Source of the DNA: Sediminibacterium sp.
Lineage (GTDB): Bacteria; Bacteroidota; Bacteroidia; Chitinophagales; Chitinophagaceae
DNA length: 64,000 bases
Direction: 5' to 3'
Assembly (NCBI GenBank): GCA_040403925.1
Contig: JBBAJV010000006.1
Location: 341-64,340 of the forward strand
Both the position numbers and the translations under genes were made by a program. Positions 1-9,287 of this stretch are shown one piece after another; the stretch's first letter is position 1; each line of letters starts with the position of its first letter. A model generated the notes under the pieces. That model was not told the DNA's origin. It searched no databases and was given only the letters and a program-made list of their open reading frames with translations.

Positions 1-324
1 ATTTTTTTCGTCGTAGGCCCCAAATACAATATGGCCAATCTTGTTCCAATACAATGCACCTGCACACATTAAGCAAGGCTCCAAGGTCACATAGAGCGTT
101 GCTTCTGGTAGGTATTTAGATTGTAAGTTTTCACAAGCACTAGAGAGGGCTAAAATTTCTGCGTGTGCTGTAACATCTTTTAAAAGTTGTACTTGGTTGT
201 AACCTTTGGCAATGACCTGATTGTTCATTACAATGACAGCACCTACGGGTACTTCATCTTCATCAAAAGCCCGCTTAGCTTGTAAGAGGGCCTGACGCAT
301 AAATTGTTCATGTTTATTTTCCAC
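1..324 (-). CDS. tadA: tRNA adenosine deaminase (nucleoside deaminase family), 3' end runs off the window
   Basis: Not in the ORF track. Hand translation from GTG 324 (or ATG 300): ..FMRQALLQAKRAFDEDEVPVGA..TAHAEI..TLYVTLEPCLMCAGALYW, containing the HAE and PCxxC zinc motifs. Confidence 0.88.
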   Translation of the reverse strand, partial: MENKHEQFMRQALLQAKRAFDEDEVPVGAVIVMNNQVIAKGYNQVQLLKDVTAHAEILALSSACENLQSKYLPEATLYVTLEPCLMCAGALYWNKIGHIVFGAYDEKN

Positions 325-342
325 TAGCCTATGTAACGGTGC

Positions 343-1050
343 TTATAATTTTTGGATACGAATATTTCTGTACCAAACTATATCGCCATGATCTTGCAAA
401 CTGATATGTCCAGAAAAGACTTTTCCAAAATCAGGTGATTCGCCTTGAGAAAATTTAGATCTTCTAATCAATTCTTTCCAGCTATCATCGCCTAAATGCG
501 TGTTGACAGTTGTTACACCATTTAATTTCATGATTAATGTTCCTTTATTTGCGATGATGTCCACTTGATTCCACTCTTCTGCAGGTTTAGCACCAGACTC
601 ATCACCAACAATCAGGTCGTATAAATTACCAGCTCTATGGCTAATGATTTTTCCATCTTCATGACCTTCGTTATCTAAGACTTGCATCTCTGGTCCTGTA
701 TGCCATGTTTCATTATATTTAGCTGGGTTGTCTTGTACAAAAAAGATGATGCCGCTATTCCCATTTTTAGCAATTTTCCATTCTAATTGTAAATGAAAAT
801 TGGTAAAACTTTCGTTGGTTACAATATTTCCACCACCTACTATCCTTCCATACAACTTATTACTTGGGTCAAACATGAAGGCACCATCCACTACTTTCCA
901 TGCTTCACCTACAGTTTTTTTCCCGTATGTATGCCAACCATTGGTTGTTTTGCCATCGAATAAAGAGATCCATTTGTCTTGAGCCTGAGCCTGATTAAAA
1001 GCAAGCACTGCAAAAGTCAATAAGGTTAGAGCAAGCAATTGTTTTTTCAT
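343..1050 (-). CDS. DUF1080 (3-keto-disaccharide hydrolase/eliminase family) secreted protein
   Basis: Sec signal peptide; LFDGKT..GW, GNSGI, GPEMQVLD, GNLYD, GHISLQDHG and YRNIRI motifs of DUF1080. Confidence 0.9.
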   Translation of the reverse strand: MKKQLLALTLLTFAVLAFNQAQAQDKWISLFDGKTTNGWHTYGKKTVGEAWKVVDGAFMFDPSNKLYGRIVGGGNIVTNESFTNFHLQLEWKIAKNGNSGIIFFVQDNPAKYNETWHTGPEMQVLDNEGHEDGKIISHRAGNLYDLIVGDESGAKPAEEWNQVDIIANKGTLIMKLNGVTTVNTHLGDDSWKELIRRSKFSQGESPDFGKVFSGHISLQDHGDIVWYRNIRIQKL

Positions 1051-1052
1051 AA

Positions 1053-1439
1053 TTATTTTTTTAATAGTAAAATGTATTTCACCATTGCTTCTGCATCTTC
1101 CTGGCTCAGGTTTGCATGTGCTGTCATTGGTATAGCGCCCCAGTTCCCACTTCCACCTTTAATAATTTTTCCAGCTAACATTTCGATATTGTCATCTGTA
1201 TTTTCATATTTAGCAGCAACCTCTTGGTAAGCAGGTCCTATATTTTTTTCGGCTACTTTGTGACAAGATAAACAGTCGCTCCCTGCAATCAAGGCCAATC
1301 CTTTTGCATAATCTGGATTGTCAGATAATTTAGTTTCCGAAGTAGTCGTTGTTTCTGTTGTTGTTTCATTTTTTGTCGCACCACCACCACATGCAACTAA
1401 TAAAAGTGCTGCTGATAGGGTGTATAAAATTTTACGCAT
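1053..1439 (-). CDS. Lipoprotein class I cytochrome c (c551/c552-like)
   Basis: Lipobox LLVAC, Thr-rich linker, CLSCH heme motif, IGPAY, distal Met in IPMTAH. Confidence 0.9.
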   Translation of the reverse strand: MRKILYTLSAALLLVACGGGATKNETTTETTTTSETKLSDNPDYAKGLALIAGSDCLSCHKVAEKNIGPAYQEVAAKYENTDDNIEMLAGKIIKGGSGNWGAIPMTAHANLSQEDAEAMVKYILLLKK

Positions 1440-1490
1440 AGTATATTGTTTGAAAGTAAATTGATTTGAATGATTGATTTGACTCTTTGA

Positions 1491-2543
1491 TTAAATGCCT
1501 AATATTTTTTTGTTAAACGCCTCGTCCGATCCAGTGCTAGCAAAATCATCAAAAGCTTTTGATGTTACAGGAATGATATGGTTTTGAATAAATACAGCAC
1601 CTTCTGCTGCACCCACTTCTGGATGCTTTAAACAACATTCCCATTCCAATACTGCCCAGCCTTTATAATCATATGCTGCCAACTTGCTAAAGATACTTTT
1701 AAAATCTACTTGACCATCACCAAGGGATCTAAATCTTCCAGCACGATCTACCCAATTTTGATAACCACCGTATACCCCTTGTTTTGCACTCGGATTAAAC
1801 TCGGCATCCTTTACATGAAACATTTTGATACGCTCATGGTAAGCATCGATATAGCCTTTATAGTCCATGCATTGCAATACTAAATGCGATGGATCAAATA
1901 ATAAACATGCACGTGGATGTTGTCCTACTTTTTCTAAAAACATTTCATAGGATACGCCATCGTGTAAATCTTCACCCGGATGAATTTCATAACATAAGTC
2001 TATGCCTGCGGCGTCAAATTCATTTAAGATAGGCAACCATCTTTTTCCTAATTCAGTGAAACCTGTTTCGACTAAACCTGCAGGTCTTTGTGGCCAAGGA
2101 TATACCGTATGCCATAACAAAGCACCGCTAAAAGTAGCGTGTGCATTTAAGCCTAAATGTTGAGATGCTTTTGCTGCATATTTTAATTGCTGCACAGCCC
2201 ATTCAGTTCTTGCTTTGGGGTTACCTCTATATTCTACTGGTGCAAAGCCATCAAACTGTGCGTCATAGGCAGGATGCACTGCCACCAACTGACCTTGTAA
2301 GTGTGTAGATAATTCTGTGATCTCTAATCCAGCAGCTTGCACGATGCCTTTGATCTTGTCGGCATAGGTTTTACTTTCTGCTGCTTTTTGTAAATCAATG
2401 CAGCGTGGGTCCCAACTTGGAATTTGCACGCCCTTGAAACCCAATCCAGCAGCCCATTTGCAGATACCCTCTAAAGTATTGAATGGAGGATGATCTCCTA
2501 AAAATTGTGCTAAAAATATACCTGGTCCTTTAACTGTTGTCAT
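1491..2543 (-). CDS. Sugar phosphate isomerase/epimerase family TIM-barrel protein, no signal peptide
   Basis: Metal-ligand pattern YEIHP..FDPSH..FHVKD..LEWE of the xylose-isomerase-like/AP endonuclease 2 barrel. Confidence 0.85.
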   Translation of the reverse strand: MTTVKGPGIFLAQFLGDHPPFNTLEGICKWAAGLGFKGVQIPSWDPRCIDLQKAAESKTYADKIKGIVQAAGLEITELSTHLQGQLVAVHPAYDAQFDGFAPVEYRGNPKARTEWAVQQLKYAAKASQHLGLNAHATFSGALLWHTVYPWPQRPAGLVETGFTELGKRWLPILNEFDAAGIDLCYEIHPGEDLHDGVSYEMFLEKVGQHPRACLLFDPSHLVLQCMDYKGYIDAYHERIKMFHVKDAEFNPSAKQGVYGGYQNWVDRAGRFRSLGDGQVDFKSIFSKLAAYDYKGWAVLEWECCLKHPEVGAAEGAVFIQNHIIPVTSKAFDDFASTGSDEAFNKKILGI

Positions 2544-2573
2544 ATTGTAATGATTGCTTTTTAAATATCGCCT

Positions 2574-3740
2574 TTATATTTTATGTGCTGTCCATTTTTG
2601 ATCAGATCCTGCAGATAAAACCACATTGTCAATAAATGCCATCCCTCTAATTCCATCCTCAACACCTGGGAAATCTAACATTTCGGGTGTTGGGGTAATG
2701 CCATCCATTTTTGCAGACAAAGTAAGTGCAAAGTTTCTGTATATATTGGCAAATGCTTCCAAATAACCTTCTGGATGTCCTCCAGGAGTTCGGCAATTAA
2801 AGGTTGCAAAGCTAGATAAATGTGCACTATAGTTGGCCCCAGCTCTAAGAATTTGTGTTGGCTGCTCCAACCATTTTAAGATAAGTGAATTGGGTTCATG
2901 TTGAAACCATTCAATACCACCAAGTTCTCCGTATACTCTAATCTTTAATGCATTTTCTTCGCCTGCTGCAACCTGTGATGCCATCAACACACCCTTCGCG
3001 CCATTGTCAAATTTTAAAAGTACTGCACCATCATCATCCATCGCACGGCCATCTACTAAGGTGTTTAATTCTGCACAGATATCAGTGATTTTTGCACCAG
3101 TAATGTATTCGGCTAAATGGGCAGCATGCGTTCCAATATCACCCATCACAGAACTCTTACCCGATTTTTTTGGATCCGTTCTCCATGCAGCTTGTGCATT
3201 GCCTTCTCTTTCCGATAATCTACTTAACCATCCTTGTGGATATTCCACCCAAACCTTACGAATCTTACCCAGTTTGCCTTCACGCACCATGGCCTTCGCT
3301 TGCTTGACCATTGGATAGCCAGAATAGGTATGCGTTAAGCAAAGTATTAATCCGGTTGCTTTCAATTTTTGTTCTAATAATTTTGCTTCTTCTAAGGAAA
3401 AAGTAATTGGCTTTTCTATCACTACATTAAAACCATTTTCCAAGGCCATCATGGCTGGTGCAAAATGGGCAAAATTGGGTGTTACAATGGTTACAAAATC
3501 AATGCGCTCGTCGGCTGGTAATTGTGCTTCTTTCGTAATCATCTCCTCATAAGTCAAATAAGTTCTTTCTTTAGGAAGGAATAAAGCTTCTCCAGAGGCT
3601 ACAGCAATTTCCGGGTTGATACTTAATGCGCCACATTTGACCTCAATGAGCCCATCCATATTTGCAGCAAGTCTGTGTATGGCGCCAATGAATGCGTCCT
3701 TTCCACCACCTACCATACCCATGCGTAGTTTTCTGTTCAT
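2574..3740 (-). CDS. Gfo/Idh/MocA family NAD-dependent oxidoreductase, no signal peptide
   Basis: N-terminal GMVGGG Rossmann motif, VIEKP, GDIGTH. Confidence 0.9.
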   Translation of the reverse strand: MNRKLRMGMVGGGKDAFIGAIHRLAANMDGLIEVKCGALSINPEIAVASGEALFLPKERTYLTYEEMITKEAQLPADERIDFVTIVTPNFAHFAPAMMALENGFNVVIEKPITFSLEEAKLLEQKLKATGLILCLTHTYSGYPMVKQAKAMVREGKLGKIRKVWVEYPQGWLSRLSEREGNAQAAWRTDPKKSGKSSVMGDIGTHAAHLAEYITGAKITDICAELNTLVDGRAMDDDGAVLLKFDNGAKGVLMASQVAAGEENALKIRVYGELGGIEWFQHEPNSLILKWLEQPTQILRAGANYSAHLSSFATFNCRTPGGHPEGYLEAFANIYRNFALTLSAKMDGITPTPEMLDFPGVEDGIRGMAFIDNVVLSAGSDQKWTAHKI

Positions 3741-3773
3741 TTTTTAGGGAGTATTTATGCTTACAAAATAAAC

Positions 3774-3798
3774 TGAATGTGTCAAAATAACACGTTCA
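3774..3798. promoter_or_regulatory. Imperfect 9-7-9 inverted repeat in the divergent promoter region; candidate operator
   Basis: tgaatgtgt-caaaata-acacgttca (8/9 complementary) between the divergent arms of the sugar locus. Confidence 0.3.
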
Positions 3799-3919
3799 TC
3801 CTATTGTAAGAGCAATTTCCTCATTATTTCTCAAAAAAACCCTTTTTTAAGAGGAAAATATTTGAAAAGAATGCAAAAATAAATTTACATTTATAAATTC
3901 ATCCAAATGCATGCTTGCT

Positions 3920-4828
3920 ATGTCTACAAAGCTCAATAGACGAAATTTACTGAAACAAGTTTTATCCGGATCTGCCGCAATGGCTGCTGGTTTGGCGTTA
4001 CCACATCAAGCGACTGCGCAATTAGCAAATCTATTCAATCCACCAACCGAAGCAGCCAATTTAAAAGGCAATATCAACCATAGTGTTTGCAGATGGTGTT
4101 ACAGTGATTTGAGTTTAGAAGATTTATGTAAGGAAGTAAAACGCATTGGATTTAATGCCATTGATTTATTAAAACCAAGCGAGTGGGATACCGTAAAAAA
4201 GTATGGCATCGATTGTTCTATGTGTTATACTGCTGGTGAAACAAGTTTAACAAAAGGTTGGAATAACCCAATGCATCATCCTTGGTTGATCAAAGATTAT
4301 TTGGAAGCAATTCCATTAGTAGCAGCAGCTGGGTATAAAAATTTAATTTGTTTTTCGGGCAATAGAAATGGGATGGATGATGCTACAGGATTGAAAAACT
4401 GTGTCGAAGGTTTAAAACAAATCATGCCATTAGCAGAAGCGAAAGGGGTGACCATCCATATTGAATTATTCAATTCCAAAGTAGACCATAAAGATTATAT
4501 GGGAGATAAGTCTGCATGGGGTATCGAGCTATGTAAACAATTAGGTTCTCCTAATTTCAAAATATTATTTGATATCTATCATATGCAAATAGATGAAGGA
4601 GATATCATTCGTTCCATTCAAGACAGTCATATTTATTTTGGGCATTATCACACTGCGGGTGTACCAGGTAGACATGAATTAGATGATCGTCAGGAATTAA
4701 ATTATCCAGCTATCATGCGTGCGATCAAAGCCGCTAGCTACAACGGTTATGTAGCGCATGAATTCATTGCAACGAACCCAGATAAAATTAGTTCACTCAA
4801 GCAAGCAGTTACTGTTTGCGATATTTAA
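3920..4828 (+). CDS. TAT-exported hydroxypyruvate-isomerase-like TIM-barrel protein
   Basis: LNRRNLLK twin-arginine signal; IELFNS, FDIYHMQ, HYHTAGVPGRHE, VAHEF motifs. Start could also be 3911. Confidence 0.82.
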   Translation: MSTKLNRRNLLKQVLSGSAAMAAGLALPHQATAQLANLFNPPTEAANLKGNINHSVCRWCYSDLSLEDLCKEVKRIGFNAIDLLKPSEWDTVKKYGIDCSMCYTAGETSLTKGWNNPMHHPWLIKDYLEAIPLVAAAGYKNLICFSGNRNGMDDATGLKNCVEGLKQIMPLAEAKGVTIHIELFNSKVDHKDYMGDKSAWGIELCKQLGSPNFKILFDIYHMQIDEGDIIRSIQDSHIYFGHYHTAGVPGRHELDDRQELNYPAIMRAIKAASYNGYVAHEFIATNPDKISSLKQAVTVCDI

Positions 4829-4874
4829 CTTTTACTTTTTTAAACCAATCATAACAACACCTAAATTTTTTACA

Positions 4875-6554
4875 ATGGCCGAACAACAGTATGACGCAAT
4901 CGTAGTAGGTTCTGGAATCAGTGGCGGATGGGCTGCTAAAGAGCTTACAGAAAAAGGACTTAAAGTCTTAATGTTAGAGCGTGGAAGAAACATCGAACAC
5001 ATCAAGGATTATGTCAATGCAGATAAAGAAGCTTGGGACTATCCGCATAGAGGTGGCAGAACACAACAGATGATCGAAGATTATCCTGTGTTGAAGCGCG
5101 ACTACCCATTGAACGAAACGAATTTAGATTATTGGTGTTCTGACAAGGACCATCCTTATACAGAAACAAAACGTTTTGATTGGTTTAGAGGATACCAGGT
5201 AGGTGGACGTTCTTTAATGTGGGGTCGTCAATCTTACCGTTGGGCGGATGCTGATTTTGAAGCAAATGCAAAAGATGGCATTGCAGTTGACTGGCCAGTG
5301 CGTTATAAAGAGATTGAGCCATGGTACGATTATGTAGAAAAATTTGCAGGCATTAGTGGAAATAGAGATGGGATTGATTTATTACCTGATGGTCAGTTCT
5401 TGCCTCCAATGGATTTGACCTGTGTGGAGAAAGATGTAGCTGCAAGAATTAAAGAAATATATAAAGGAAGTCGTCATTTAATCATTGGCCGCACGGCTAA
5501 TATTACAGTGCCACATGAAGGTCGCCCAGGATGTCAGTTCAGAAATAAATGTTGGTTGGGTTGTCAGTTTGGTGGGTATTTTAGTACGCAATCTTCTACT
5601 TTACCAGCTGCGATGGCAACAGGTAATTTAACTTTAAGACCTTTTTCTATTGTGACAGAAATCAAATATGACAAAGATCAAAAGCGTGCGACTGGTGTAA
5701 CGGTATTAGACGCAGAGACCAATAAAACAATTGAGTACAAAGCAAAAATTATTTTTGTGAATGCCTCTACTTTAAATAGCACTTGGCTTTTGATGAATTC
5801 TGCTACAGATGTTTGGGAAGGTGGATTAGGAAGTAGTAGTGATGCATTGGGTAAAAACTTGATGGACCATCATTTAGGCAATCGTGCTGGTGGAACTATC
5901 GAAGGCTATGAAGACAAATACACATTTGGTCGTCGTGCCAATGGGTTCTATATCCCAAGATTCAGAAACCTTGGTGATGAAAAACGTGATTATATCAGAG
6001 GATTTGGTTACCAAGGAAGTGCTAACAGAGCTGGATGGGGTCATGATGTGGCCGAAGTAAGTATTGGTGGTAAATTTAAAGATGCATTGACTGAGCCTGG
6101 TGGATGGTCTATTGGTATGATGGGCTTTGGTGAAATGTTACCAGATCCAACCAACAAAGTGACTTTAGATAAAACGAAGAAGGATAAGTGGGGTTTGAAT
6201 GTTTTGAACATTGATTGCGAGTTGAAAGACAATGAAATCAAAATGCGTAAAGATATTTTAGAGGACGCAAAAGAAATGTTAGAGCGTGCGGGTGCTAAGA
6301 ATGTAGAAGGTTTTGAAGGAGATGGTACACCAGGAAGAGGTATCCACGAAATGGGTACAGCACGTATGGGTAGAGATCCTAAGACTTCTGTATTGAATGG
6401 CAATAATCAAGTATGGGATGCGCCGAATGTATTTGTAACAGATGGGGCCTTCATGACAAGTGCGAACTGTGTGAATCCTTCATTGACTTATATGGCATTC
6501 ACTGCTAGAGCCGTTGACTTCGCTGTATCAGAATTAAAAAAAGGAAACTTATAA
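4875..6554 (+). CDS. GMC flavoprotein oxidoreductase (glucoside/lactose 3-dehydrogenase catalytic subunit-like)
   Basis: GSGISGG FAD motif at the N-terminus, VGGRSLMWGR, CxxxxxCxxGC cluster motif, HEMGTARMG, NPSLT. Start set at ATG 4875 (MAEQQYD); the ORF-track start 4758 overlaps the upstream gene. Confidence 0.9.
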   Translation: MAEQQYDAIVVGSGISGGWAAKELTEKGLKVLMLERGRNIEHIKDYVNADKEAWDYPHRGGRTQQMIEDYPVLKRDYPLNETNLDYWCSDKDHPYTETKRFDWFRGYQVGGRSLMWGRQSYRWADADFEANAKDGIAVDWPVRYKEIEPWYDYVEKFAGISGNRDGIDLLPDGQFLPPMDLTCVEKDVAARIKEIYKGSRHLIIGRTANITVPHEGRPGCQFRNKCWLGCQFGGYFSTQSSTLPAAMATGNLTLRPFSIVTEIKYDKDQKRATGVTVLDAETNKTIEYKAKIIFVNASTLNSTWLLMNSATDVWEGGLGSSSDALGKNLMDHHLGNRAGGTIEGYEDKYTFGRRANGFYIPRFRNLGDEKRDYIRGFGYQGSANRAGWGHDVAEVSIGGKFKDALTEPGGWSIGMMGFGEMLPDPTNKVTLDKTKKDKWGLNVLNIDCELKDNEIKMRKDILEDAKEMLERAGAKNVEGFEGDGTPGRGIHEMGTARMGRDPKTSVLNGNNQVWDAPNVFVTDGAFMTSANCVNPSLTYMAFTARAVDFAVSELKKGNL

Positions 6555-6575
6555 TTAATTTTTAAAAAATATTTT

Positions 6576-7145
6576 ATGATAAACAGAAGAGAAGCCCTTT
6601 CTAGAGTGGCTATCATCATGGGGGGAACAGTATTAGGTGCAGAAGCTTTCTTGACAGGTTGTAAAACCAATACCAAGGGGGTGACTTTCTCACAAACAGA
6701 TATCGACTTTTTAAATGAAGTAGGAGAGACCATCTTGCCTGCAACCGATACACCTGGCGCGAAAGCAGCCAATGTAGGCGCTTTCATGCAAATCATGGTG
6801 AGTGATTGTTATGAAGCAAAAGACCAGGAAATTTTTATGCAGGGTATGGCGGAATTGCAATTTAAAGCTTCAAAAGCTAAGATGGGGAAAGCTTTTATGG
6901 AAGCAACTCCAGAAGAGCGTACTGCTTTTTTAACGGAGTTAGATAAGGAAGCAAAGGAGTATCAATCTAATAAAAAGAAAGAAGACCCTACGCATTACTT
7001 TACTATGATGAAGCAAATGACTTTATCTGGTTTGTTTACTTCAAAAATTGGTGCGACAGAAGTGTTAAGATATATAGCTGTTCCTGGAAAGTATGAAGGT
7101 TGTGTACCTTATACTAAAGGAGAAAAAGCTTGGGCGACTTCTTAA
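6576..7145 (+). CDS. Gluconate 2-dehydrogenase subunit 3 family protein (TAT-exported partner of the GMC enzyme)
   Basis: MINRREAL twin-arginine signal; ILPATDTPGA, GLFTSKIG, YIAVPG motifs; directly follows the GMC gene. Confidence 0.87.
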   Translation: MINRREALSRVAIIMGGTVLGAEAFLTGCKTNTKGVTFSQTDIDFLNEVGETILPATDTPGAKAANVGAFMQIMVSDCYEAKDQEIFMQGMAELQFKASKAKMGKAFMEATPEERTAFLTELDKEAKEYQSNKKKEDPTHYFTMMKQMTLSGLFTSKIGATEVLRYIAVPGKYEGCVPYTKGEKAWATS

Positions 7146-7154
7146 AAAAAATAC

Positions 7155-7186
7155 AATTGAGCCTCCTGCAGGAGGCTCAATTTTTT
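7155..7186 (+). terminator. Perfect 28-bp palindrome with T tract; intra-operonic terminator or RNA-stabilising hairpin
   Basis: aattgagcctcctgcaggaggctcaatt at 7155-7182, continuing into a T run. Confidence 0.7.
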
Positions 7187-7218
7187 ACAATTATTCATTC
7201 GGTTTTCAATTTTATTTT

Positions 7219-8088
7219 ATGTCAAATTCAAGAAGAAGTTTTTTACGCGGTGCTGCTTTAACAAGTGTTGCATTATCGATGCCATTTAAAAATGAGTTAA
7301 TGGCCATGGCTGCTAATTCAAAGCCATTTGCTTTGCAATTATGGTCCGTTAAGTTGGCTTTATACAAAGACACCATGGGTGTATTAAATCAAATTGCTGC
7401 GAATGGTTATAAAAACATTGAAGGCTTTGAAGGCCCTAAAGGTATGTTTTGGGGTATGAAAAATACGGAGTTCAAAAAAGTGATGGATGATTTAGGAATG
7501 AACATATTTTCGACTCATTGTAATGATACTGGCGATTTTAAATCTTTTGAACAAAAGGCTGCAGCGGCAGGTGAAATTGGTTTGAAGTATATCATCTGTG
7601 CATATAAAGGGCCGCAAAAAACACTTGATAATTTTAATCAATTTGCAGACGAGTTCAATACATGTGGTGAAATTGCAAAAAAACATGGTCTTCGTTTTGC
7701 GTATCATAATCATGATTATTCTTTTGTTCCAATGAATGGCATTGTGCCTATGGATGTGATGATGAAGAATACAGATCCTGCAATGGTTGATTTTGAAATG
7801 GATTTGTATTGGACAAGGGTTGCAGGCATTGACCCTCTTGCATACATGGACAAGTTCCCAAATCGTTTTAAATTAGTACACGTAAAAGATTTGGTTAAAG
7901 TAAATACACCTGAAGGGCAGGAGTCTTGTGTCATTGGGAAAGGAACCATTGATTATAAAACCTTACTGCCAGAAGTTGCTAAACGTGGCGTACAACATAT
8001 GATTGTTGAACAAGAACACTATACAGGAACCAATGAGTTGGATGCTGCTAAGGATGATGCAGCTTATATGAAAACATTGAATTGGTAA
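7219..8088 (+). CDS. TAT-exported sugar phosphate isomerase/epimerase family TIM-barrel protein
   Basis: MSNSRRSFLR twin-arginine signal; YHNHD, EMDLYW, HVKD, IVEQE motifs. Start set at 7219 rather than 7093. Confidence 0.85.
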   Translation: MSNSRRSFLRGAALTSVALSMPFKNELMAMAANSKPFALQLWSVKLALYKDTMGVLNQIAANGYKNIEGFEGPKGMFWGMKNTEFKKVMDDLGMNIFSTHCNDTGDFKSFEQKAAAAGEIGLKYIICAYKGPQKTLDNFNQFADEFNTCGEIAKKHGLRFAYHNHDYSFVPMNGIVPMDVMMKNTDPAMVDFEMDLYWTRVAGIDPLAYMDKFPNRFKLVHVKDLVKVNTPEGQESCVIGKGTIDYKTLLPEVAKRGVQHMIVEQEHYTGTNELDAAKDDAAYMKTLNW

Positions 8089-8102
8089 TGATACCAAGGA
8101 TT

Positions 8103-8137
8103 AAAAAAAGGACACTAGAGATAGTGTCCTTTTTTTT
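8103..8137. terminator. Bidirectional intrinsic terminator between convergent genes
   Basis: aaaaaaaggacacta-gaga-tagtgtcctttttttt; overlaps the last codons of the minus-strand aminotransferase. Confidence 0.8.
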
Positions 8138-9278
8138 GCAAATCAACTAATGCATTGTATAATGCATCTATATCTTGCGTCGTATTAAAGACATTGATGG
8201 AATACCTTAGATACACATCATTACCTTGTCGCATAATAGGTACTTCTATTTTATAATCTAAAAATAAGGTCCTCTGTAATTTTTCTGGATCAGGTGTTTG
8301 AATGGGAATGCTAATCATTTGCCCAATCCATTCACTATTGAGTGGACAAATTGCTTTGCTATTCAATAAGGTAAAAAATCTTGGAGCATGTGCTAAAACC
8401 ATTTCATGGCATTTTTGTCCAACAGCTTTCCAGTTGTGCTGCTCCATGAATTCAATACAAGTATCCACTGTTAAGAAGGCCGAAAAGTCTCTGGTACCAA
8501 TCATTTGGTGGTAGTCTAAAAAATTAGAATGCGATGGCTTTGCAGCTTGGTAACCCCAACTTACAATCATTGGATCGCAGATGGGTTGAACCGATTTTGC
8601 TGCATATAAAAAGGAACATCCTTTTGGTGCCATCATCCATTTATGACAGGCGCCTGTATAAAAATCTGCTTGAATTTTACTTAGGTCCAATGGAATATGT
8701 GCTGGTGCATGTGCGCCATCTACAATGGTGATCAATCCTTTTTCTTTAGCGATCGCACAAATTTCTGCTGCTGGTAAAATCAAACCAGTCGCACTGGTGA
8801 TATGAGAAATAAAGACGGCCTTAGTCTTTTCATTGCATCCTTTGAAAAAATCCTCGATGAATTGTGCTTTGTCAACAATCGGAAGATTAATTTTTTGTCT
8901 TTTGTAAGTAGCGCCTTTTTTGCCGCAATAATATTCCCATGTTCTATCACAAGCGCCATATTCAATATTGGTAGTCAAAATTTCATCCCCGGCTTCTAAG
9001 GGAAAACTCTTGGCAATCATATTGACCGCAAAACTTGGATTGGTGACATAGACTAAATCATCTTTGTCTGCACAGTTTAAAAACTTAGCCAATGAAGCTC
9101 TTGAACCTGCAAGGTATTGGTAGCCATCAAATGCGATGAATTGCACGGGCTCTGCTTCTAATAACCTTTGCCATTCCTGGTATTTTTCAAAGATTGGTTT
9201 TGGTGTAGCACCAAAAGACCCGAAATTCAAAAAATGAATATCGGGTCTTAATAAAAATTGATCTTTTAAAGATTCCAT
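8115..9278 (-). CDS. PLP-dependent aminotransferase class V (isopenicillin N epimerase / C-S lyase-like)
   Basis: FLNFGSFG, VDGAHAP, GACHKWMMAPKG (PLP lysine), GTRD motifs. Confidence 0.82.
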   Translation of the reverse strand: MESLKDQFLLRPDIHFLNFGSFGATPKPIFEKYQEWQRLLEAEPVQFIAFDGYQYLAGSRASLAKFLNCADKDDLVYVTNPSFAVNMIAKSFPLEAGDEILTTNIEYGACDRTWEYYCGKKGATYKRQKINLPIVDKAQFIEDFFKGCNEKTKAVFISHITSATGLILPAAEICAIAKEKGLITIVDGAHAPAHIPLDLSKIQADFYTGACHKWMMAPKGCSFLYAAKSVQPICDPMIVSWGYQAAKPSHSNFLDYHQMIGTRDFSAFLTVDTCIEFMEQHNWKAVGQKCHEMVLAHAPRFFTLLNSKAICPLNSEWIGQMISIPIQTPDPEKLQRTLFLDYKIEVPIMRQGNDVYLRYSINVFNTTQDIDALYNALVDLQKKGHYL

Positions 9279-9287
9279 ATAGTTTAT

